From Thraustochytrium aureum (lineage: Eukaryota): 19,900 nt of DNA. Position 1 is the first letter of the stretch. Every line of letters begins with the position of its first letter. The notes beneath the pieces were generated by a model. That model was not told the origin of the DNA. It ran no database searches and saw only the letters and a list, made by a program, of their open reading frames with translations. Of this stretch, positions 9,027 to 16,632 are shown in pieces. The stretch covers positions 46,201 through 66,100 of the forward strand of contig BLSG01000353.1 in NCBI GenBank assembly GCA_012862495.1, written 5' to 3'. The position numbers were made by a program, and so were the translations under genes.

Positions 9027-10361
9027 ATGCGGACCAACTGGACGACGCGCGTGGTGGGGTCGCGCGTCGTCCTCGTACCGTACCGCCGAGGACACGTCGC
9101 CAAATACCACGAGTGGATGCAGGACCCTGCACTGCTGGAAGCCACCGCGTCCGAGCCGCTCTCGCTGAGCGAAGAATATGAGATGCAGGCCAGCTGGCGC
9201 GACGATCCGACCAAGCTCACGTTCATCATATTGGACAAGCACAAGTGGACCGCAGACGAGCCCGAGTCGAACGTGAGCGCCATGGTCGGCGACGTCAACC
9301 TGTTTTACAACGACCCGGAGGCGCCAAGGTGCGCGGAGGCGGAGGTCATGATCGCGGACCCATCGGCGCGCGGCAAGGGTCTCGGAGAAGAGGCAGTCAA
9401 GCTTGTTGTGGCGTTCGCTGCTCAGCAACTCGGAACGCGCGACTTTGTGGTCAAGATCGGCAGCACGAATGAGGCCTCCCTCTCGCTTTTTGAGGGCAAA
9501 CTGGGGTTTGAACGCGTCTCGCACAGCGAGGCTTTCGACGAGCATACGTTACGCATCGGCGAGGCCCTGCTTGCAGAAGCAGTGGGGATGGAGCTTGCCA
9601 TTGAGCGGGACGAGGACTCGGCAGCCGAGCCGATATGCGAGACTGCGGGCGCCGTCGACCAGTACTTGGCGCTACACTACGGACAAAGGCCTGCCGTGGT
9701 GGACTTGACCGTGGCCCCTCCACGGCCTGAGTTTGCCCTCGAGTTTTGCAAGCGCTGTGGAGAATGGCTTGCCCAGGTCGCTCCCAAGCGTGGCCGTGCC
9801 CTGGACCTAGGCTGCGCCGTCGGCGGCGCGGCCATGGAGTTGACCAAGCACTTCAAGTATGTTCGTGGCGTGGACAGCTCGGTGAGCTTTGTGGCGGCAG
9901 CCAAGATGGCCCGCGACTCGTTCGGGCCAGCGTCCTTCCAAGTGCGCGTGTCAGGGGATGAGGTGCGCACTGTGCCACTCGAGCTCGACGAGGCCGTTAA
10001 CCGAGCGCGTGTCGAGTTTAGCACAGGCGATGCCTGTGCATACAAGGAGGAGGAGGTTTTCGACGCGGTTCTCATGGCCAACTTGCTATGCCGTGTCCCA
10101 GACCCTTGCGCGCTGCTAGACCACATTGCCGGGCTCGTGGGGCCTGGCGGAGTCGTGGTCCTCATCTCGCCGTACTCGTGGCTCGTTGGGTACACAGAGC
10201 GGGAGAGGTGGATCACGCATGCGGAGGTGCTGTCTCGAATGGACAAAAATGGGTTTGACTTGGTCGAGGAGCGTCCGATGCCGCTCATTATGCGCGAGCA
10301 CGAGCGCCTCTATCAGTACATTGTCCCGACTGGCGCGGCGTTCGTCAAGCGGGCCCTCTAG
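9027..10361 (+). CDS. NAT9: Fusion of NAT9-family GNAT acetyltransferase (aa 1 to about 180) and OvoA C-terminal-type SAM-dependent methyltransferase (aa about 203-444)
   Basis: NAT9 motifs: VVLVPY..HVAKYHEWMQDP.LLEATASEPLSL.EEYEMQ.SW..D..KLTFIILD, MVGDVNLF, AEAEVMIA...RGKGLG, N.ASL.LF..KLGF. Methyltransferase motifs: ET...DQYL.LHYG, RALDLGCAVG...EL..HF..V.GVD.S..F, GDAC, ANLLCRV.DP, PGG..VL.SPYSW...YT...W, P..MREH.R.YQ. One uninterrupted ORF. Confidence 0.88.
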   Translation: MRTNWTTRVVGSRVVLVPYRRGHVAKYHEWMQDPALLEATASEPLSLSEEYEMQASWRDDPTKLTFIILDKHKWTADEPESNVSAMVGDVNLFYNDPEAPRCAEAEVMIADPSARGKGLGEEAVKLVVAFAAQQLGTRDFVVKIGSTNEASLSLFEGKLGFERVSHSEAFDEHTLRIGEALLAEAVGMELAIERDEDSAAEPICETAGAVDQYLALHYGQRPAVVDLTVAPPRPEFALEFCKRCGEWLAQVAPKRGRALDLGCAVGGAAMELTKHFKYVRGVDSSVSFVAAAKMARDSFGPASFQVRVSGDEVRTVPLELDEAVNRARVEFSTGDACAYKEEEVFDAVLMANLLCRVPDPCALLDHIAGLVGPGGVVVLISPYSWLVGYTERERWITHAEVLSRMDKNGFDLVEERPMPLIMREHERLYQYIVPTGAAFVKRAL

Positions 10362-10498
10362 GCGTGTGCCAGTGCGATTCGACCTGCAAGCATGGATCTA
10401 TTCTTAGCGCGTTGCGCAGACACAGGTGGAGGAAGAAGAAATTTGCTCTGTTTTTGATGTTGCAAACGAGACCAGACCGTTCAACACGAGCACGAGCC

Positions 10499-11433
10499 TC
10501 ACTTGTGCTGCACCTCAGTAGACTTGTCAGCCATGTCGGAATCGCCGTCGCCCAGCGCAGGGCGCGACGGGAGCCGCACCTTGAACCCAAATACCCTTGG
10601 CACGTACGGCTCGACCTTGACCGGCGGCGGCGGCCACAGATCGGGGAACTGCATCATAAAGAGGTGCGGAAATGTAGTTCCAAAGTAGGCACCGTCAAGG
10701 TCGTCCTCATCATTCCGGAACCCGCAGCGGCTCGGCGGCAAGAAGATGTCGCCGCAGCGCGGGCAATAAACCATCGCCCCAGACAGGTCGATGTCGTCCT
10801 TGAGCCCTACGGGGAGCACAGCCTGCTGCTGGCACGGAAGGCGCGGGCAGACACCAAAGTCCTGGTCTTTGAACTTGCGTCGCATCTTGTCTTGGCCTCG
10901 CTTGGTGATGATAAAGCGGGCGTGGATGAGGCCGTACAGATCCTGCACGTGCCGCTCGATCGCCTCGTCGTTACCGGTTTCGGCGCGGTCGAGGATTATG
11001 TCGAGGCATTTCTTGTAGTTTTGCCCAATCACCTCGCGGAGCCCATAAAGGTTGAAGTTGTCCTCTGCGTCGGGTATTCCAAGTTGCCCTTGTCAGATCG
11101 GAACGGGTTTGAGCAGCAAGGCGCGAGCGCGGGCGAGCGAGCGAGCGCGGGCGAGCGAGTGTTTCTTTTTGAGGGGGGAGGGAGGGTGAGGGGGGTGGGG
11201 CGGGATGAGGGGAGGATGCCGAGAGAGCCGAGGCTTCAAAGCTGAGGGACGTGCGCGCCCCGCGGCGGTCACAACAAGCCCCAAAAGTGCAACACTCTGC
11301 ATATGCAAGCAAGCCCAAGAGGGCAACTCACCAATGTACCTGCGGTCGACCTCGCAAAAGAACTCGTTGCCCTCCTGCTTGCAAAACCACTCGATCCAGC
11401 TCTCGACGCCAGAGGACTCGCCCTCGCTCGAGG
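10499..11433 (-). CDS. CSNK2B: Casein kinase II regulatory subunit beta; exons 11433-11332 (5' end lost in the gap) and 11064-10499
   Basis: [32 protein letters not shown] joins in frame across the intron. Also LYGLIHARFI, the zinc ribbon CPRLPC...YCPRC, DGAYFGTTFPHLF and YVPRVFGFKV. Confidence 0.96.
11065..11331 (-). other. 267-nt spliceosomal intron in CK2 beta
   Basis: Donor G|GTGAGT, CTGAC branch-like motif about 30 nt before the acceptor CCGACGCAG|AG. Removal restores the conserved YIEDNFNL. Contains an 18-bp tandem duplication (11123-11158). Confidence 0.93.
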
Positions 11434-12080
11434 NNNNNNNNNNNNNNNNNNNNNNNNNNNNNNNNNNNNNNNNNNNNNNNNNNNNNNNNNNNNNNNNNNN
11501 NNNNNNNNNNNNNNNNNNNNNNNNNNNNNNNNNNNNNNNNNNNNNNNNNNNNNNNNNNNNNNNNNNNNNNNNNNNNNNNNNNNNNNNNNNNNNNNNNNNN
11601 NNNNNNNNNNNNNNNNNNNNNNNNNNNNNNNNNNNNNNNNNNNNNNNNNNNNNNNNNNNNNNNNNNNNNNNNNNNNNNNNNNNNNNNNNNNNNNNNNNNN
11701 NNNNNNNNNNNNNNNNNNNNNNNNNNNNNNNNNNNNNNNNNNNNNNNNNNNNNNNNNNNNNNNNNNNNNNNNNNNNNNNNNNNNNNNNNNNNNNNNNNNN
11801 NNNNNNNNNNNNNNNNNNNNNNNNNNNNNNNNNNNNNNNNNNNNNNNNNNNNNNNNNNNNNNNNNNNNNNNNNNNNNNNNNNNNNNNNNNNNNNNNNNNN
11901 NNNNNNNNNNNNNNNNNNNNNNNNNNNNNNNNNNNNNNNNNNNNNNNNNNNNNNNNNNNNNNNNNNNNNNNNNNNNNNNNNNNNNNNNNNNNNNNNNNNN
12001 NNNNNNNNNNNNNNNNNNNNNNNNNNNNNNNNNNNNNNNNNNNNNNNNNNNNNNNNNNNNNNNNNNNNNNNNNNNNNNNN
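11434..12080. other. Assembly gap (647 N)
   Basis: Run of N; probably hides the CK2 beta start. Confidence 1.
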
Positions 12081-12332
12081 CGTTACGTTGCCGCGCGAAA
12101 AGGGCGCTAGCAGCGCAGGCAGGGGATGTCCGTTGGGTGCGGTTGGGCGCGCGGGGCCTAGAGGCCGGCTAGGCGGCGGCAGTAGCAGCGGCGGCGGCGT
12201 CGTGGGTGTCCCGCAAGCGCGCGGCGCATGGTTCCGTTCGGGCCTGCCCCCAACGCATCTCTGCGCCAAAGGACGGTTGAAGGGCCCTGCTTGACCGCAA
12301 TGCAAGTTACCGGTGGAGACCAGCAACCCACC

Positions 12333-12414
12333 CACTCACTCACTCACTCACTCACGCACTCACGCACGCACCTGCCTCCACTGCCTCACCTGCCTCCACT
12401 GCCTCCACTGCCTC
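12333..12414. repeat. (CACT/CACG)n tetranucleotide run followed by CTGCCTCCA-type 9-mer repeats
   Basis: CACT x5 at 12333-12352, mixed CACG/CACT to about 12371, then 4-5 copies of CTGCCTC(CA/AC). Confidence 0.9.
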
Positions 12415-12567
12415 TCTCTCTGGCGCGGCAGGCGCCCTTGGAGCGCAGCATGGGCTGTGGCGCGCCTTCGTTTGCCGGTTTTCGCTGTTTGCCGCTCTTC
12501 GTTTGTCTTTGGCGAGCGATCGCTTTCTGCGCTGCTGTCTGCGCTGCCTGCCCTTCTGTCTTTCCTT

Positions 12568-12670
12568 CATTCTGCCTTGCATTCTGCCTTGCATTCTGAC
12601 TCTCTTGCATTTTGCATTCTGCCTTGCATTCTGACTCTCTTGCTTCGCTCCTTGCATTCTGCCTCTCTTG
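12568..12670. repeat. Imperfect minisatellite with core TTGCATTCTG
   Basis: Perfect cores start at 12577, 12589, 12612, 12624 and 12652, with partial copies at 12568 and 12605. Confidence 0.9.
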
Positions 12671-12808
12671 CTTCTTGCAAGGCGCCGTAACCGACGCAGA
12701 CAGACCTCCGGCGCTGCAGACCCCAATCGACCGCAAGCACGTACAAGCAGCAGCAGCAGCACTAGCAGCGCAAAGCGACGACAAGACAAGAGACAGCAGC
12801 CAAGCAAG

Positions 12809-14170
12809 ATGCGCGAGTGCCTGCTCATCCACCTCGGCCAGGCCGGTTGCCAGATCGGCAACGCCTGCTGGGAGCTGTTCTGCCTCGAGCATGGCATCCA
12901 GCCCGACGGCCAGAAGCCCTCCTGCTCGCAGGAGACCGACGGCTCGGTCGATGACTCGTTCAACACCTTCTTCAGCGAGACCGGCGCCGGCAAGTATGTG
13001 CCCAGGTGCGTGATGGTCGACCTCGAGCCAACCGTGGTGGATGAGGTGCGCACCGGCACGTACCGCCAGCTGTACCACCCCGAGCAGCTCATCTCGGGCA
13101 AGGAGGACGCCGCCAACAACTACGCGCGCGGACACTACACCATCGGCAAGGAGATCGTCGACCTCGTCCTCGACCGGATCCGCAAGCTCGCCGACAACTG
13201 CACTGGTCTCCAGGGCTTTATGGTCTTCCACTCGTTCGGTGGCGGCACCGGCGCTGGCTTCGGCTCGCTCCTCCTCGAGCGCCTCTCGATCGACTACGGC
13301 AAGAAGTCCAAGATTGAGTTCGCCGTGTACCCCTCCCCCCAGGTCTCGACCGCCGTTGTCGAGCCCTACAACTCGGTGCTCTGCTCGCACACCATGCTCG
13401 AGCACTCGGACGTCGCCTTCATGATTGACAACGAGGCGATGTACGACATCTGCCGTCGCAACCTCGACATCGAGCGCCCGACCTACACCAACCTGAACCG
13501 CCTCATCGCCCAGTGCATCTCGTCGATCACCGCGTCCCTCCGCTTCGAGGGCCAGCTTAACGTGGACCTTACCGAGTTCCAGACCAACTTGGTCCCCTAC
13601 CCGCGCATCAGCTTCCCGCTGTGCTCGTTTGCCCCCGTCATCGCTGCCGAGAAGGCCTACCACGAGAAGATGAGCGTCTCGGACATTACCAACTCGGTCT
13701 TCGAGCCCAGCAACATGATGGTCAAGTGCGACCCGCGCCACGGCAAGTACATGGCCTGCTGCATGATGTACCGTGGCGACGTCGTCCCCAAGGACGTCAA
13801 CGCGGCCATCGCCACCGTCAAGACCAAGCGCACCATCCAGTTTGTTGACTGGTGCCCCACCGGCTTCAAGGTCGGCATCAACTACCAGCCCCCGACCGTG
13901 GTCCCGGGCGGTGACCTCGCCAAGGTGCAGCGCGCCGTCACCATGATTTCCAACACCACCGCCATCGGCGAGGTGACCAGCCGCATGGACCACAAGTTCG
14001 ACCTCATGTACGCCAAGCGCGCCTTCGTGCATTGGTACGTCGGCGAGGGCATGGAGGAGGGCGAGTTCTCCGAGGCCCGCGAGGACCTTGCCGCCCTCGA
14101 GAAGGACTACGAGGAGGTCGGTGCCGAGACGGCCGAGGGTGAGGACGAGGAGGAGGGCGAGGAGTACTAA
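12809..14170 (+). CDS. TUBA: Alpha-tubulin, 453 aa, divergent, intronless coding region
   Basis: MREC start, [68 protein letters not shown] and C-terminal EEY followed by TAA. Strong C/G third-position bias. Confidence 0.99.
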   Translation: MRECLLIHLGQAGCQIGNACWELFCLEHGIQPDGQKPSCSQETDGSVDDSFNTFFSETGAGKYVPRCVMVDLEPTVVDEVRTGTYRQLYHPEQLISGKEDAANNYARGHYTIGKEIVDLVLDRIRKLADNCTGLQGFMVFHSFGGGTGAGFGSLLLERLSIDYGKKSKIEFAVYPSPQVSTAVVEPYNSVLCSHTMLEHSDVAFMIDNEAMYDICRRNLDIERPTYTNLNRLIAQCISSITASLRFEGQLNVDLTEFQTNLVPYPRISFPLCSFAPVIAAEKAYHEKMSVSDITNSVFEPSNMMVKCDPRHGKYMACCMMYRGDVVPKDVNAAIATVKTKRTIQFVDWCPTGFKVGINYQPPTVVPGGDLAKVQRAVTMISNTTAIGEVTSRMDHKFDLMYAKRAFVHWYVGEGMEEGEFSEAREDLAALEKDYEEVGAETAEGEDEEEGEEY

Positions 14171-14671
14171 GCGCTGGGTTTGTTAGTACATATATCTTCG
14201 GCTTGTTGTTGCCATTCACTATCTTGCCTTCCTTCCTTGACAAAGGAGAGGAAGTCCCCGTTGTCGACGGCTTCCTGCGCCGTGCCCATACCTTGTACAA
14301 CTGAGTGCGTTCGCAGCATGGCAGGCGTTGCAGCATGGCAGGCGCAGCAAACGCTTGACGAAGCCCGAACTGGTGACGATGACCTACCCACCTCGATGCC
14401 AGCGATGCCAGCAAGAACTGCTGTCGCACTGCTGTCGCAAGGGGACGGCGCCGGTGCCACTACAGCGTGGCTGACGAGAAAGCGGGCGAGGAGCTAAGCG
14501 CGCTGGGGACGAGCGCCAACTCCGGCTTGTGCTTCACGAAATTCGCATGTAGCAAGGCCGCCTTCCAGGTCCTTCACAAACGGAAAGCGCAACACCACGA
14601 ATGCTCTAGCTCGTACTCTGTCTACATCTACCATTCTACGTTCTCGTCACTCGCAGTCATAAGAGCTCAGG

Positions 14672-15697
14672 CTAGCTGTTTCTTGGCACAAATGAAAGAA
14701 CATGAACCCACAGGTCTCGGGTAAGGGGGAGCTCGACACATTGCAAAACCCACGTTGCTCGACGCCGAAAGAGCGGTGGAAATAGCGGCAGATACCGGAC
14801 CTGGAAGGGCGAGACAAGCGCACCAACGAGGCGCTCGACGAGCTTCTCGTTGACCGGCAGACCATACGCCGCAGGGACGCTGGTCGCGACGTTGATAGCG
14901 GCCTGCGTGGCGCTCGCTGAGATCGAGACCTCCGAGGAGAGTATCCTTGCAACCACATCGAAGTCACGCGCTTCAACTGCGCGCAGCAGCGGCGAGCGGG
15001 ACACTGTGTCTCGCAAGTACGCAGCCACGTGCGGATGCCTCGACGTCCGTGCGAGAGAGAGCGGCGTTTCGCCCTCATGACTTTCCAAGAGGACATCCCC
15101 GCCAAACACACAGAGATCTCGACAAACGTCGAGGTGGCCTTCCTCCGCCGCCAGCATTAGGGCCGAGACTTCACCGAGCATCCTGCGATTCGGCTTGGCA
15201 CCCGCTTCTAGGAGTGCACGGCAAGCCGCCCGCTTTCCACGAAAAGCAGCGCACATGAGGGCCACGCCGCCGTCATCCTTTGCCTGGTCGACCGGCGCGC
15301 CGTGTGTCAGGAGGAGCGCGACGACGTCCGCGTGGCCTCGGTATGCCGCTGACATGAGCGCTGTCCACCCAGTCGCAGTGACCTGCTCGCCTGGGGACGA
15401 GCCGGATTGCAAAAGCAGGTGGACAATGTCAACATGGCCGTAGTGGCAAGCGATCAGCAGCGGGGTCCATCCGTCCGGAAACAAGCTCGCATCAACCAAG
15501 TCGCGCACCACAGACGCACTTGCATTCTCCAGGAGTACGCGCGCGCAGGCCGCACGTCCTTTCTCCGCGCACTCCATCAATGCCGTCCAACCGTCATCGA
15601 CGCCCTGGTTGTGCATTGCTCCGCCCTCGAGCAGGAGGCGAACCAAGTCTGGCCTGTCCGCTTGGCACGCCGCAATAAGCCCTGTGGTGCGCTCAAC
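14672..15697 (-). CDS. Ankyrin-repeat protein with a C-terminal F-box-like tail (5' end lost in the gap)
   Basis: About 6-7 ankyrin repeats (GWTALMECAEKG, GWTPLLIACHYGH, GWTALMSAAYRGH, ALMCAAFRG, SALMLAAEEGH, GETPLSLA). The frame is open up to the gap at 15697 (VERTTGLIAACQADRPDLVRLLL). Confidence 0.92.
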   Translation of the reverse strand, partial: VERTTGLIAACQADRPDLVRLLLEGGAMHNQGVDDGWTALMECAEKGRAACARVLLENASASVVRDLVDASLFPDGWTPLLIACHYGHVDIVHLLLQSGSSPGEQVTATGWTALMSAAYRGHADVVALLLTHGAPVDQAKDDGGVALMCAAFRGKRAACRALLEAGAKPNRRMLGEVSALMLAAEEGHLDVCRDLCVFGGDVLLESHEGETPLSLARTSRHPHVAAYLRDTVSRSPLLRAVEARDFDVVARILSSEVSISASATQAAINVATSVPAAYGLPVNEKLVERLVGALVSPFQVRYLPLFPPLFRRRATWVLQCVELPLTRDLWVHVLSFVPRNS

Positions 15698-16226
15698 NNN
15701 NNNNNNNNNNNNNNNNNNNNNNNNNNNNNNNNNNNNNNNNNNNNNNNNNNNNNNNNNNNNNNNNNNNNNNNNNNNNNNNNNNNNNNNNNNNNNNNNNNNN
15801 NNNNNNNNNNNNNNNNNNNNNNNNNNNNNNNNNNNNNNNNNNNNNNNNNNNNNNNNNNNNNNNNNNNNNNNNNNNNNNNNNNNNNNNNNNNNNNNNNNNN
15901 NNNNNNNNNNNNNNNNNNNNNNNNNNNNNNNNNNNNNNNNNNNNNNNNNNNNNNNNNNNNNNNNNNNNNNNNNNNNNNNNNNNNNNNNNNNNNNNNNNNN
16001 NNNNNNNNNNNNNNNNNNNNNNNNNNNNNNNNNNNNNNNNNNNNNNNNNNNNNNNNNNNNNNNNNNNNNNNNNNNNNNNNNNNNNNNNNNNNNNNNNNNN
16101 NNNNNNNNNNNNNNNNNNNNNNNNNNNNNNNNNNNNNNNNNNNNNNNNNNNNNNNNNNNNNNNNNNNNNNNNNNNNNNNNNNNNNNNNNNNNNNNNNNNN
16201 NNNNNNNNNNNNNNNNNNNNNNNNNN
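15698..16226. other. Assembly gap (529 N)
   Basis: Run of N. Confidence 1.
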
Positions 16227-16352
16227 GCTCATTATTGGCACTTCGCTCTGGTTGTCTCTGCTTGCTGCGCAATGCTCAATTATTGGCTTGCAGCGCGAAA
16301 GCAGAAACCTCAATTATTGGTAGTCTGCATTGAACGCGAACCGCGCTCAATT
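16227..16352. promoter_or_regulatory. Spaced CTCAATTATTGG motif cluster (inverted CCAAT boxes) in the divergent ankyrin/TEL2 intergenic region
   Basis: CTCATTATTGG at 16228, CTCAATTATTGG at 16275 and 16309, partial CTCAATT at 16346. The regulatory role is inferred from position only. Confidence 0.5.
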
Positions 16353-16632
16353 CTTCCTTCTTCTACCAGCACTGAAAGCTGCGCTGCCTTGCATCGTATG
16401 AGGCAATGGCGCTCAGCAACCAGCCCCACCCGGGCTGTGCGCCCGAGTACCCGTCGGCGACGCCAACCTCATGAAAAAACTCATGCACGAAAGAAAAGGC
16501 CAATCGAGCCCCTCTATTCGGGGAAAAGAGGGCGCTCGCGAGATGCCTCTTTTTCAACAAGGTCTTTTGATTTCTGAAGGGGGCAAGAAAGAGCCCTTGT
16601 CGCGACGTCGCGCGCAACAGAGCAGCCCTGCG

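Noticed and set aside
11205..12335. Long ORFs spanning the N gaps (also 15407-16577)
   Set aside because: Artefacts of translating N runs.
12668..12808. 47-aa N-terminal extension of alpha-tubulin in the ORF track
   Set aside because: It starts at TTG; the conserved MREC ATG is at 12809.
12386..14032. 548-aa minus-strand ORF
   Set aside because: Antisense shadow of the codon-biased alpha-tubulin.
14167..14460. 97-aa minus ORF between tubulin and the ankyrin gene
   Set aside because: GTG start, no recognisable motif, and it spans frame-disrupting-length micro-duplications; probably UTR.
14246..14520. RNase MRP-like GGAAGTCCCCG motif
   Set aside because: No matching 3' P4 strand (GGGGCTCA-like) was found downstream; an Infernal scan would be decisive.
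16227..16352. CRISPR-like repeat-spacer array
   Set aside because: Repeats are only about 12 bp with irregular period, in a eukaryotic context with no cas genes.
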